Source: Candidatus Latescibacterota bacterium (lineage in GTDB: Bacteria > Latescibacterota > UBA2968 > UBA8231). Taken from it: DNA of 64,000 nt. Under the pieces are notes generated by a model that saw only the letters and a program-made list of their open reading frames with translations, did not search any database and was not told where the DNA came from. The position numbers and the translations under genes are program-made. This document shows, one piece after another, positions 19,590 through 29,690 of the stretch (position 1 is its first letter; each line of letters starts with the position of its first letter). The DNA lies in the NCBI GenBank assembly GCA_965203355.1, contig OZ241889.1:512001-576000 (forward strand). The letters run 5' to 3'.

Positions 19590-20561
19590 ATGAACCACGC
19601 CGATACAGTACAGCGCATGGCCGAGGCCGCCAGCAATTTCCTCGCGTCCTTAGATGCGGCCGGGCGCCAGCAAGCCGCGATCGACTTTGCCGACAGCACG
19701 GAGCGCAAAAACTGGCACTACATTCCGCGGGAACGCGCCGGATTACCGATCAAGGAAATGGACGAGTGCCAGCGGGCGCTAGCGTACGCGCTAGTAGCAA
19801 CCGGAGTCAGCGCGTCCGGGTACGAAAAGGTCTCGACGATCATTTCGCTGGAGCCGATACTCGCCGAGTTAGAGGGAGCCGGGCGGCGTTTCCAGCGCGA
19901 TCCCGAGCTGTACTACGTGAGCGTTTTCGGCGAGCCGGGCCGAGACGCATCCTGGGGCTGGCGCTTTGAGGGCCATCACGTCTCGCTCAACTATACGGTA
20001 GTAGAAGGTCGGATGCTGGGATCTACGCCGTTGTTTTTTGGCGCCAACCCCGCCGAAGTGCGCCACGGCGAACAAGCTGGACTGCGCGCTTTGCGGGAGG
20101 AGGAAGATTTGGGCCGTCAGCTTTTGCGCGAATTAGACGGCGAACAAAAAGCGGTGGCCATCATCAGTGCCGAAGCTCCAACGGACATCCTCACAACCAA
20201 TGTGCCCCACGTGCGCGGCGAGGTCGAGCCAGCGGGGTTGGGCAGCGCGGATATGAGCGCGGCACAGCGCCAAGTCTTGGACGCCTTGATCGAAGTGTAC
20301 GTACGGCGCTTGCCCGAAGCGGTGGCCGAAGCCGAATGGGCGCGGCTCGGAGCAGCCTATTTGCGGGCGGCGCACTTTGCTTGGGCTGGCGCGGAGGAAC
20401 GCGGGAGGCCACACTACTACCGCGTACAAGGGCCGAGTTTCCTCGCCGAGTACGACAATACCCAAAACGACGCCAACCACATCCACGCGGTCTGGCGCGA
20501 CCTGAGCAACGATTTCGGCGAGGATCTGCTCAGACGACACTATCGGCAGAACCACAGATAA
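19590..20561 (+). CDS. DUF3500 family protein
   Basis: WHYIP, WGWRFEGHHVSLN, YYRVQGP, EYDNTQNDANHIHAVWRD. Confidence 0.9.
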   Translation: MNHADTVQRMAEAASNFLASLDAAGRQQAAIDFADSTERKNWHYIPRERAGLPIKEMDECQRALAYALVATGVSASGYEKVSTIISLEPILAELEGAGRRFQRDPELYYVSVFGEPGRDASWGWRFEGHHVSLNYTVVEGRMLGSTPLFFGANPAEVRHGEQAGLRALREEEDLGRQLLRELDGEQKAVAIISAEAPTDILTTNVPHVRGEVEPAGLGSADMSAAQRQVLDALIEVYVRRLPEAVAEAEWARLGAAYLRAAHFAWAGAEERGRPHYYRVQGPSFLAEYDNTQNDANHIHAVWRDLSNDFGEDLLRRHYRQNHR

Positions 20562-20569
20562 AGTAAGAA

Positions 20570-22705
20570 TTGGCAGAGAACTCTTTGACCGGTACGGCCG
20601 TTTTCGGTTTACGCGCTGCGTTTTACGAACAATTGCACTGCCGCTACCAGCGCCATCAGTTCGACAACTGGCAGGTCTGGGGCGGCAACCTGACCATTGA
20701 AATCGACGGGCGGGTTTGCGGGCCGCCCCTCGCCAGGGCCTATATCGAATCCGGCAAGACAGCGGCCCGCGCCCGAGTGCGCTGCGAGCTTTTCGTCGCC
20801 GCTGTTGACCCGCACCAAGTCCAGCCGGGCGATGTGGATGCGCGGCTGTGGACCGATGCCAGCGGGACCCATGATTACGTAGCAATGCGGCTACTTGTCG
20901 ATGCGGAAGGAGTTCCCATCCTCGCGGGCAACAACCTCGTCTTTGAATCGGCGGCTTTCGCGCTCGAGCGCACCGGCACCTTCAACTACGCAGTAGAATT
21001 TTCTGCCGACAGCTACGCCGAGGCTGGACGCAAGGAATGGATCAGCCTCAACGACTTGGCCGAAAACCGCGACGGGCTCGTCGTCGTCAGCCCGGAGTGG
21101 GTGCGCAAGGGGCCAACGATCGCCGAGGTGTGCGCTCGCAAGGTCGGTGCATGCGTTGCAGAAGGCCACTTCCGCTCGGGCCGGCTCGCCGAACTGACGC
21201 GGCGTTTAGACTCCATTCCGGCCGACGTGATCTACTTGCTGCCCTTCTTTCGACCGGGTTTTACGGACCTGCACACCGGCGAGGATGTGCGCAAGGGGGC
21301 CCTCGGCAGCGTCTATGCGGTTCAAGACTTTTTTCAAATTGACCCCGAACTCGTTTCGCCAGCCGAGGAAGTGGATTGGGGGGCCTTGGTGGCTGAGGGT
21401 TTCTTGCGCTCAGAGGAAGTGGAAAGTTTCGCCGAACTGTCGGTGGTCCAAGCGGAAAAGGCGCTCGGCCGCGGCCCTTTCGCGCAACTCGTCGGTCGCG
21501 CTGAGTTGCGCGCGCTGACTAAGAAAGCGCACACCCTCGGCAAGAAGGTCATCTTCGACTTGGTGCTGATGCAGAGCAGCCGCGACTGCCCGCTGATCGC
21601 CGAGCATCCTGAATGGTATCTGCGCGACGAGCGCGGGGTGCCGCAAATCCATCAGATCGCTTGGCTGGTCTATTCGGACGTGGCGCTCTTTGACTTGGTT
21701 TACAATCGGCCATTGCAAGAGTACCTACTGGAGATCGCTCCGTATTGGATCGAGCAATGCGGATTCGACGGCGTGCGGATTGACGCCAGCCAGACCATTG
21801 ATCGGCCTTTTCTCAAAAAGCTCAAAAACCGCATCCAAGCGGCCGCGCCCGAGGCGTTGGTGCTGGGCGAAACGCTGTGCCCGCTGACCGAGGCCGTGGA
21901 CGTGCCGACAGATATGATCTACGCGCTCTTAGTTGACTACCACCGCGACGTCGAACACGCCCAGCCCCTCATCCATTTCCTAGAGGAGATGAATTGCACC
22001 TTCGCGCCTGGTACCGTGGCCATGGCCTACTTTGAAAACCACGACAGCCCGCGCGCCACCCAAGTGTGGCACGAGCGGTTTCGAGAACTCTTGCGCTGCG
22101 ACGAGCAGGCGCGGGACTACTGGCGGAATCTGACCTGTTCCAGCCAGCCAGATCCGAGCGATCGAGCGCAACTGATGGCATTGCTCAAGAACTTGCAGGC
22201 CGCCTTGATCGACTGCTCGGCCGGTTCGGCCTCTAAGTGCAATCTGACGCGGGGTTTGGAGTTGGGCAGCGATTGGGGCGAGGAAACGCGCACTGACTTT
22301 GAAAACGAAACCCTTTTGCACTTCGACCAAGCCACGCGCCAGCCACACGCCAGCCTAGCGAGGGCCTACGGGCGTCTCTTTGCACTGCAAAAGGAGTGGC
22401 CGGAGTTTTGCGACGGAGAGATTTACTTCCACCGCAACGAGTTTGCCGGCGGCGACCCCGACGACCGCATTCTGGCGTATGTGCGCTATACTGAGCAAGG
22501 CACGCTACTGGTGGTACACAACTTTGATCCGCGCGCCGTGCGGCAGGCGTCCTACCATCTCGATTATTTGCCGCAGTCGCCCACATCGCGCCAAAAGTGC
22601 TTCGACACATACGAAGCCCTTGCGATTGAGGCCATACCCTCCAGTGAGGAGATCGCGGCAGTCAGCCTCATGCCATTGCAGACGCAGGTGTGGCGACTTT
22701 ACTGA
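20570..22705 (+). CDS. Alpha-amylase family (GH13) glycoside hydrolase
   Basis: GSVYAVQD, VIFDLV, DGVRIDAS (nucleophile), LGET (acid/base), ENHD. Confidence 0.85.
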   Translation: MAENSLTGTAVFGLRAAFYEQLHCRYQRHQFDNWQVWGGNLTIEIDGRVCGPPLARAYIESGKTAARARVRCELFVAAVDPHQVQPGDVDARLWTDASGTHDYVAMRLLVDAEGVPILAGNNLVFESAAFALERTGTFNYAVEFSADSYAEAGRKEWISLNDLAENRDGLVVVSPEWVRKGPTIAEVCARKVGACVAEGHFRSGRLAELTRRLDSIPADVIYLLPFFRPGFTDLHTGEDVRKGALGSVYAVQDFFQIDPELVSPAEEVDWGALVAEGFLRSEEVESFAELSVVQAEKALGRGPFAQLVGRAELRALTKKAHTLGKKVIFDLVLMQSSRDCPLIAEHPEWYLRDERGVPQIHQIAWLVYSDVALFDLVYNRPLQEYLLEIAPYWIEQCGFDGVRIDASQTIDRPFLKKLKNRIQAAAPEALVLGETLCPLTEAVDVPTDMIYALLVDYHRDVEHAQPLIHFLEEMNCTFAPGTVAMAYFENHDSPRATQVWHERFRELLRCDEQARDYWRNLTCSSQPDPSDRAQLMALLKNLQAALIDCSAGSASKCNLTRGLELGSDWGEETRTDFENETLLHFDQATRQPHASLARAYGRLFALQKEWPEFCDGEIYFHRNEFAGGDPDDRILAYVRYTEQGTLLVVHNFDPRAVRQASYHLDYLPQSPTSRQKCFDTYEALAIEAIPSSEEIAAVSLMPLQTQVWRLY

Positions 22706-22728
22706 ACCTAAACAAGAGGAGTACGAAC

Positions 22729-23535
22729 ATGGCAAAAATCGGCGCAATCCACTACAACTGGCCCGGCTGCGACTTAGAGGGCTTTGCCCGGCGGGCCAGC
22801 GAAATCGGCTATCGCTACTGCGAGTTGCCGATCGGCGATATATGGGATGGCGAGTCCAAAAACGGCGAGCAGACCGCCGCGGCCACCCGCGAGTTATTGG
22901 CCAAATACGGGATGCAAGCCTCGGCCGTCGCGGCTGGCAACGACTTTCTGCAAGCCGATGGCCGCGACTTGGACGCGCAAATTGAGCGCTATCGCTACGT
23001 CTGCCAGATCATTCCCATAACCGGCACCGACATCGTGCGCTCGGACGGCGGCTGGAACAGCAACGGCGCAGTCCCTGAAGACCAGTGGGACGCCATGCTG
23101 CTCGAAGCCTTCAAGCGCTGCGCTGATTTTCTCGAAGAATACGACGTGCGCATTGCCCTCGACAACCACGGGACTTCCACCAACGATGGCGACTGGCAAT
23201 TAAGCCTGATCGAGCGCGTTGGCTCGGACCGGCTCGGCGTCAACTTGGACACCATGAACTACCGCTGGTTCGGGCACGAGTTGGACCAGATCGACCGCTT
23301 CTACGAAATACTGGCTCCGCATGTCTTCCACACTCACCTGAAGGACGGAACCGGCGCGCGGCAAAACTACAAAGGGGCCGCATTGGGCGAGGGCGAGATC
23401 CATCTCGACCACGCGGTCCAGTGCCTCAAGGCGGCCGGCTACGACGGCGCTTGGATAGCTGAATACGAAGGGCCGGAGACCGAGGGACAGGTGGGATACG
23501 AAAAGTGCTACCGCTGGCTGGCAAAAAACGTCTGA
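22729..23535 (+). CDS. Sugar phosphate isomerase/epimerase (xylose isomerase-like TIM barrel)
   Basis: LDNHG, NLDTMN, HTHLKDG, LGEGEI, EYEG; GAGGAG RBS. Confidence 0.85.
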   Translation: MAKIGAIHYNWPGCDLEGFARRASEIGYRYCELPIGDIWDGESKNGEQTAAATRELLAKYGMQASAVAAGNDFLQADGRDLDAQIERYRYVCQIIPITGTDIVRSDGGWNSNGAVPEDQWDAMLLEAFKRCADFLEEYDVRIALDNHGTSTNDGDWQLSLIERVGSDRLGVNLDTMNYRWFGHELDQIDRFYEILAPHVFHTHLKDGTGARQNYKGAALGEGEIHLDHAVQCLKAAGYDGAWIAEYEGPETEGQVGYEKCYRWLAKNV

Positions 23536-23613
23536 ACCAACTACGCCCTTTGTTGCGGAGCGATTGGTTGGCATCGGTCTCGCGTTTTGTTTCTAACGGT
23601 GCTTAGAGTATGA

Positions 23614-24069
23614 TCAGAGCTTGATGACGGCGATGAGGATGCCAGTGATGGCGACCAAGGTGGTCATCGTCCACTTGAAATGGCTATCCATGCGCTTGTT
23701 GGTCTCGTCAATGCGGTGATGAACCGCCTGAATCTGTTCGCCCAACGAGAGTTTGGTCTCGTCGATGCGGTGGTGAACCGCCTGAATCTGTTCGCCCAAC
23801 GAGCGATTCGTTTCGTCGATGCGGTGATGAACCGCTTGGATTTGTTCACCCAACGAGCGATTCGTCTCGTCGATGCGGTGGTGAACCGCTTGGATTTGTT
23901 CACCCAACGAGCGATTCGTCTCGTCAATGCGCTTATTGGTCTCGTCAATGCGGTGGTGAACCGCTCCTACTTGGTTGCGCAGATCTTGTATGTCTTCGCG
24001 CAGGTAGCTGATGCCCCAGTGCAGATTTTCGGGGACGGGACGAGGTTGAGGGTTGGAACTTTCGGTCAT
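23614..24069 (-). CDS. Coiled-coil protein with 18-aa tandem repeats and C-terminal membrane anchor (DUF1640/CCDC90-like architecture)
   Basis: (HHRIDETNRSLGEQIQAV)x4, then HFKWTMTTLVAITGILIAVIKL; AGGAG RBS. Confidence 0.75.
   Translation of the reverse strand: MTESSNPQPRPVPENLHWGISYLREDIQDLRNQVGAVHHRIDETNKRIDETNRSLGEQIQAVHHRIDETNRSLGEQIQAVHHRIDETNRSLGEQIQAVHHRIDETKLSLGEQIQAVHHRIDETNKRMDSHFKWTMTTLVAITGILIAVIKL
23702..23964. repeat. 54-bp in-frame tandem repeat, 4 full units plus partial units
   Basis: Units start at 23702, 23756, 23810 and 23864 (gtctcgtcratgcggtrrtgaaccgc...cccaacgagcgattc). Confidence 0.95.
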
Positions 24070-24114
24070 GGAAGACTCCTTGAGGGCATTAATATGATTG
24101 CTCAAAAGTAGAAA

Positions 24115-24130
24115 AGCAATCTACATGCCA
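24115..24130 (-). promoter_or_regulatory. Sigma54 (-24/-12) promoter
   Basis: Minus strand TGGCATGTAGATTGCT with exact GG-N10-GC spacing, about 45 bp upstream of the coiled-coil gene start. Confidence 0.65.
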
Positions 24131-24275
24131 ACGCCGACCTCTGAGTAGGAGCGGTACGCAGCTAGTTCCATCTGTGTGCATCCGCACACACCGATGGATG
24201 CGTTTCGCTACACTGAGGTGAACGAGGAGCGGGGTGATGGGCGTCGGCGCGGACGCGATAGGCAGGCTGTCGCAC

Positions 24276-27200
24276 CTACTTCACTTGACGAATCTGCTCG
24301 ACCTTCTTGTCGAGCCGTTTGGGGGAGATCGGATGGGCGGTGCCCAGTTCTTGGGCGAAAACCGAGACCCGATATTCCTCCAGCATCCAGCGCAATTCCT
24401 CGGTTTGGGCCTCCCGCTCGGGCGAACGGGTCTCCCCGGCGAGCTTTTCCAACTGGCTTTGGTACATCTCGACCAACGCGGCCTTCTGCGCGTCCTTGCG
24501 CGGGTCGGTCGCGGCGCGTTCGGCGCGCACTCCCACGGCTTTTAGGTAGCGGATTAAGTGACTGAGACGATGGAAAGGGACGCGGGAAAGGAAGTCGTCT
24601 GGCAGCAGTCGCTCCAAGTCCGCGTCCATCCCGCGATAGGACCGGCCTGAGAGGAAAACTTCGCGGCGGGCTTCGAGCAGGCTATCGACCAAGGAAATGA
24701 AGCGCGGAGCCAAGCCGCGCAGCCGCTGTTTGGCCTGCACCAGCACAGCGGCGAAATCCTCTTGACGCAGGGGTAGGATTTGCTCGCGGTGGAAAAGATA
24801 GCGCTCGAGATGTTCAAACGCTTGGGTGCGCAGTTCGAGGCAACTCCCCTCGTAGCGCACCTTGAACCGCGCCAATTCCCGAAGCTCGCGCCGGAGCCAC
24901 GCTAGCTCGTCGCGCAACGCCAAGGCGCAGAGGCCCAAGAACCCCGCCCGCGAGCACGCTTCGGCTTCGGCGCGGCTTTTGTAGAGCCGCAGCGACACAC
25001 AGCCTTCGTCGCGGCGGAGGCCGGGCCAGCCATAGAGCGGCACCCCGCCCGCTTGGGTCACCTCTATTCGCTCGGGCAAGTCGCCGAAATCCCACGTAGT
25101 TATCCCTGCTCGTTCCCACTGTCGGGTGGCCTTTTTCCACGCGTCGAGTTCGACCGGGGTGTCGTGCTGTTCGAGGCGTTGGGTCAGTTGCTGCAAATCG
25201 CGGCCGGCCGCGATGGATCGATCGCTGGTGCCTTGGATATCGACGCGCATTTTGAGGTGGTCGGGCACGTCGGCGGCGTTCCAGTCCGATGTCTCGATCT
25301 GAATCCGATAGTGTTGGCGGATGTACGCTTGCAGCGACTCCAAAAAGGTGGGATGCGTCGGCTTGAGCGCGGCCGCGATGCGCTGGGCTTTTGCGGGGAT
25401 CGGCACTAGTTGCTTGCGGATGGACTTAGGTAGCGCGCGCAGCAGAACGGTAATTTTTTCTTCGAGCAGGCCCGGCACTAACCATTCGAGTATTTCTGGA
25501 TCGACGGCGTGGGCTAGCTTGTAGGGCAATCTGACGGTGATGCCGTCCTCGTCTTGTCCCGGGCGATAGGCGTAGCTGATGGCTAGTTTATTGCCGTCGA
25601 GATCGAGGGCGTCTGGAAAGGCCTGCTGGTCGAATTCAGCGCGGGCGGTGCCGAGCAAGTCTTCCTCCTGCATCATCAGGAAGGCGTCGGCTTTGTCTTT
25701 GAGGAACCGATTGAGATCGGGCAGCGAGGAAACATCGTCGAGGTATCGGGAGTAAAAGCGGGCTGCGGCCTCTTCGACGTGGACATCGGCCAAGCCGCGG
25801 GCGCGGGTCTGCCAAGTTTCGATCTTTTGACACAGACGCATGTTGTGCGCGAGAAACTTGTGCGGAGTATGCACCGTCCCGGGCACCAGGGCCTCGCGGA
25901 TGAATATCTCGGTGGCCTCGCGGGCGTTGATGCGGCTGTACGGGACGCGGCGGCTGAGCACTTCGAGGCCGTAGAGGATCTGCTTTTCCCGCACTAGTAC
26001 TCGCCCTGAGCGCGCATTGAAATAGGGCTGATCGTACGAAGCGCGGCACAGGTGCCTGCCTAGTTCCGCTAGCCATTCGGGCTGGATGCGGGCGACGGTG
26101 CGGGCGAACAGACGCGAGGTCTCGACGATCTCGGCCGCGACCAACCAGCCGGGAGGCCCGCCTGCGCCCGACTGCTTGCCCTTGTTGGAGCGGAACAGTC
26201 CTGAACCGGGAAAAATCACGACCTCGCGGTTGCGCACAGCCTGATAGACATTGACCTCCTCTTGGCGCGCCACACTCGAAAGCAGGCCGGTGAGTACGGC
26301 GCGGTGGATCGCGTCGTACCCGGCCGGTTCGCGGTTGAAGCGGAAGCCTTGTATCTCGTTCAATGTCTCGCGGATCTGCGCGTGGATGTCGCGCCATTCG
26401 CGCATCCGCACGTAGGAGAGGTAGTGCGCCTTACAGAATTTGCGGAGTTGGTTCTGCGAGGCACTTTCCACTTTGTCGTGGTAAGCGTTCCAGATGTTGA
26501 GATAGGCGAGGAAATCGGAATTTTTGTCGTGGAACTGGCGGTGCATCTGGTCGGCCGCATCCTGCTCTTCTAGGGGCCGCTCGCGCGGATCTTGAATGCT
26601 AATGGCCGCGGCGATGACCAGCACTTCGGACAGGGCGTGCTCCTCGCGGGCCTGGAGCAACATCCGCGAAACCGTGGGGTCAATGGGCAGGCGCGCCATG
26701 GCGCGGCCAATGGGAGTGAGGGCGCGGTTTTCGTCGAGGGCGTTGAGCTCGTGCAGGAGTTGGAAACCGCCGACAATGGCGGCTTTTGCCGGGGGGTCAA
26801 TAAAGGGGAACGCCGCAATGTCCCCTAGCTTGAGATTGATCATCCGCAGGATGACCTCGGCGAGATTGGCGCGCTGGATCTCGGGCTGGGTGTATTCGGG
26901 GCGCGAGAGAAAGTCCTGCTCCGAGTAGAGGCGGATGCACACCCCGTCGGCAACCCGCCCGCAGCGCCCCGCCCGTTGGCGGGCACTGCTCTGCGAAATC
27001 GGTTCGATGGGCAGGCGCTGGGTGTGGGTGCGGGGGTTGTAGCGCGACAGGCGCGCCAAGCCCGTATCTACGACGTAGCGGATGCGGGGAATGGTCAGCG
27101 AAGTCTCGGCGATATTGGTGGCTAACACTACGCGGCGGCGGTCCCCTAGAGCGAATACGCGCTGCTGTTCCCCAGCGGTCAGGCGACCAAACAGCGACAA

Positions 27201-28154
27201 AATCTCAACGCCGCGCAACTTGCGCCCTTCGAGCCGATCGCGGGTTTCGCGGATATCGCGCTCGGACGGCAGAAAGACCAAGAGGTCGCCCTCCCGCGAC
27301 GTGCGTAAAATTTCGTCCACCGCACTAGTGGCCGCATCCAAATACGTGTAGTCGCCGCGATCCTGCAGGATCTCGTCGAGCGGCCAGTAGCGCACCTCGA
27401 CCGGGAACATCCGACCCGAGACCTCGATGACCGGGGCGTCGTCAAAGGCCCTAGCGAAGGTTTCGGTGTCGATGGTGGCCGAGGTGACGACGATCTTAAG
27501 ATCGGGCCGCTTGCGCCGCAGCAGCCGCAAATAGCCGAGCAAAAAGTCGATGTTGAGGCTGCGCTCGTGAGCCTCATCGACGATAATGGTGTCGTATTCA
27601 AGCAGATCCGGATCGGTTTGGGTTTCGGCCAGCAACATGCCGTCGGTCATTACCTTGATACAAGTCTCGGGCGCGGTCTGGTCGCGGAAGCGGATCTTGC
27701 AGCCAACATCGCGGCCATAGGTCACCTTGAGTTCTTCGGCCACGCGCTGAGCAATGGATAGCGCGGCGACGCGGCGCGGCTGCGTGACGGCAATGCGAGC
27801 GGCCTCGCCCCGGCCGGCCTCTAGGCAAATTTTGGGCAGTTGCGTACTCTTGCCCGAGCCGGTCTCGCCAGCGACTACGACCACGGGATGCGCCTTGATC
27901 GCCGCGAGAATTTCGTCTTTGCGGTCGCAGATAGGCAGAGCGGCTGGGTAGGTTGGGGCTGGGCGATTGGTGCGCCGCCGTTCGCGCAGACGAGCCGAAT
28001 TGCGCGCTTGACCTAAGAGGCGCTCGACCTCTGCGGGGTTGAGGCGGCGGCGATTCAGCCGCCCTTCAATGCGCATCCGATCCTCGAGCATGCACTGAGG
28101 CAGAAGGGATTTAAGCGCAGCGATCGGGTGGGGTTTGGTAGGCGATTGGTTCAA
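24276..28154 (-). CDS. hrpA: ATP-dependent RNA helicase HrpA
   Basis: GETGSGKSTQLPK, TQPRR, DEAHERS, SAT, ATNIAETSLT, QRAGRCGR, C-terminal EEYRVSVFAQELGT. Confidence 0.97.
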   Translation of the reverse strand: MNQSPTKPHPIAALKSLLPQCMLEDRMRIEGRLNRRRLNPAEVERLLGQARNSARLRERRRTNRPAPTYPAALPICDRKDEILAAIKAHPVVVVAGETGSGKSTQLPKICLEAGRGEAARIAVTQPRRVAALSIAQRVAEELKVTYGRDVGCKIRFRDQTAPETCIKVMTDGMLLAETQTDPDLLEYDTIIVDEAHERSLNIDFLLGYLRLLRRKRPDLKIVVTSATIDTETFARAFDDAPVIEVSGRMFPVEVRYWPLDEILQDRGDYTYLDAATSAVDEILRTSREGDLLVFLPSERDIRETRDRLEGRKLRGVEILSLFGRLTAGEQQRVFALGDRRRVVLATNIAETSLTIPRIRYVVDTGLARLSRYNPRTHTQRLPIEPISQSSARQRAGRCGRVADGVCIRLYSEQDFLSRPEYTQPEIQRANLAEVILRMINLKLGDIAAFPFIDPPAKAAIVGGFQLLHELNALDENRALTPIGRAMARLPIDPTVSRMLLQAREEHALSEVLVIAAAISIQDPRERPLEEQDAADQMHRQFHDKNSDFLAYLNIWNAYHDKVESASQNQLRKFCKAHYLSYVRMREWRDIHAQIRETLNEIQGFRFNREPAGYDAIHRAVLTGLLSSVARQEEVNVYQAVRNREVVIFPGSGLFRSNKGKQSGAGGPPGWLVAAEIVETSRLFARTVARIQPEWLAELGRHLCRASYDQPYFNARSGRVLVREKQILYGLEVLSRRVPYSRINAREATEIFIREALVPGTVHTPHKFLAHNMRLCQKIETWQTRARGLADVHVEEAAARFYSRYLDDVSSLPDLNRFLKDKADAFLMMQEEDLLGTARAEFDQQAFPDALDLDGNKLAISYAYRPGQDEDGITVRLPYKLAHAVDPEILEWLVPGLLEEKITVLLRALPKSIRKQLVPIPAKAQRIAAALKPTHPTFLESLQAYIRQHYRIQIETSDWNAADVPDHLKMRVDIQGTSDRSIAAGRDLQQLTQRLEQHDTPVELDAWKKATRQWERAGITTWDFGDLPERIEVTQAGGVPLYGWPGLRRDEGCVSLRLYKSRAEAEACSRAGFLGLCALALRDELAWLRRELRELARFKVRYEGSCLELRTQAFEHLERYLFHREQILPLRQEDFAAVLVQAKQRLRGLAPRFISLVDSLLEARREVFLSGRSYRGMDADLERLLPDDFLSRVPFHRLSHLIRYLKAVGVRAERAATDPRKDAQKAALVEMYQSQLEKLAGETRSPEREAQTEELRWMLEEYRVSVFAQELGTAHPISPKRLDKKVEQIRQVK

Positions 28155-28287
28155 TATTTACAATAGGTTACGGCATTTGTTCCGGCGAAAAAGTACGGTG
28201 GCAAATGCGAAGACGCGGAACAGACCGCGCTGTCGGGATTATGCGCGGGCCTATTTACTGCTGGGCTAGCTTGCGCTGGCACCGTCC

Positions 28288-29556
28288 TCAGGCGTCCGTG
28301 CACCAGAGGCGCGGTACGGGGCTGGTGGCTTGGCGGTCGGGCAGGTGCCAGTAGGGTTCTTCGGGCGGGATTTCCTGCAAGTGCGGGCAGGTCAGGCCGT
28401 GGCGGTCCCACACCACCTCACCAGCGCGCAAGGTCAGGGCGCATTCGAGGCGATGCCGGGCTTCGATGCAGGCCCAGCCGCAGTCGCGAAAGTAGAAGTT
28501 GCCCTCGAGGACGCCCAGCACGGCGACATCGGCCTCAGAGCCGGGCGTCAACGTTCCTAACTCGGGCCGACGGATGGCGCGGGCCGGGGTGACGGTAGAG
28601 CGGTAAATTACTTCCTGTAAGGGCATGTCCATGGCCAAGCACTTGGACATGGTATCGAGCATGGAGTGGACGTGGCCGTTGATATTGCCCATGTGCAAAT
28701 CCGTGCTGATCGAGTCGGGCGGGAAGCCATCGGCAACGGCCGGCATAGCGGCGCGATACCAGAAGCTAGCTGCTCCGTGCCCCAGGTCGAAGTGAATGCG
28801 CTTCTCGCGCGCCTCGTGCATGTAGTCGTACACCTCGCCGCTCGCATCGACGACCGGGAACTGGCGGGCAAAAACGTGAGTGTGGATGTCGCCTGGGCGC
28901 AGGTGCTTGAGGAGGAGATCAGGGTAGGAGCGCTCGGGCGGGCGCGGCCAAAAGTCGACCATTACCGGCATTTTGCAGCGCTCACCGGCCTCGACCGCCG
29001 CGTCAACCGAGGCCCAAGGCGGATGCTCATCGTCAAAGGGCTTGGTGGTCCAATAGTGAGCGGTCTTGATGCCGACGCATACCTCGTCGTGGGCCGCAGC
29101 CATCTCGGCCGCGCGCTGAGGATCGAGATGGGCGACGACCTGTTCGGGCGGGCCCATGCCCGGGGCGGCAATGTTGACGTAGGCGAACATGCGGATTTTG
29201 GCGTGGTCGATCACCGTTGTGCGGAAGTGCTCGAACTCCTCGGCACCGGCCGTACCCGTATCGACGCAAGTGGTTACGCCCTCTTTGAGGAAGTGGGCAT
29301 CGGCGTGGAGACTGCCCACCAACCCGCCCGATTGACGGGCGCGGGTGTGGTATGTATGAACGTGGATGTCGAGTAGGCCCGGCACGACGACGAGGTTGCC
29401 TACGTCAATGACGCGCTCGGCGTCCGCCGGGGGAATATCCTCTTCGACGCGGGCGATGCGGCCATCGAGAACGCCGACATCGGCGACGCCGTCGATACCG
29501 TTGGCCGGGTCAATTACGTGGCCGCCTTTGAGCAGTATTTCGAGCTTGCGGGGCAT
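28288..29556 (-). CDS. Amidohydrolase/deacetylase family metallohydrolase (dihydroorotase-like)
   Basis: GGHVIDP, PGLLDIHVH, GVTTCVDTG, GDIHTH, DLGHG, ISTDLH. Confidence 0.88.
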   Translation of the reverse strand: MPRKLEILLKGGHVIDPANGIDGVADVGVLDGRIARVEEDIPPADAERVIDVGNLVVVPGLLDIHVHTYHTRARQSGGLVGSLHADAHFLKEGVTTCVDTGTAGAEEFEHFRTTVIDHAKIRMFAYVNIAAPGMGPPEQVVAHLDPQRAAEMAAAHDEVCVGIKTAHYWTTKPFDDEHPPWASVDAAVEAGERCKMPVMVDFWPRPPERSYPDLLLKHLRPGDIHTHVFARQFPVVDASGEVYDYMHEAREKRIHFDLGHGAASFWYRAAMPAVADGFPPDSISTDLHMGNINGHVHSMLDTMSKCLAMDMPLQEVIYRSTVTPARAIRRPELGTLTPGSEADVAVLGVLEGNFYFRDCGWACIEARHRLECALTLRAGEVVWDRHGLTCPHLQEIPPEEPYWHLPDRQATSPVPRLWCTDA

Positions 29557-29628
29557 GTTTTTTCGTTTCGGATATTGGAGCAAAAAGCTAAAAATAGGCT
29601 GGGGCAAAAAGACGGTCAAATGAGCTTG

Positions 29629-29658
29629 TTGACAATGGCCAGACACTTAGAGTACAAT
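29629..29658 (+). promoter_or_regulatory. Sigma70-type promoter of the nfeD-floA operon
   Basis: TTGACA-18 bp-TACAAT in an AT-rich intergenic region. Confidence 0.6.
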
Positions 29659-29690
29659 TATCAAACTATATCGTATATTCATTAGAATAA

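Noticed and set aside
23702-23964. Regular repeats as a possible CRISPR array
   Set aside because: Units are contiguous with no unique spacers, are a multiple of 3 within an ORF, and no cas genes are present
24167-24197. Hairpin between hrpA and the coiled-coil gene as an ncRNA or REP element
   Set aside because: Single imperfect copy; more simply a terminator-like structure downstream of hrpA
7553-27257. Avoidance of GATATC as support for an active EcoRV-like system
   Set aside because: Sites are present (7553, 14954, 25236, 27252); depletion cannot be judged without counting
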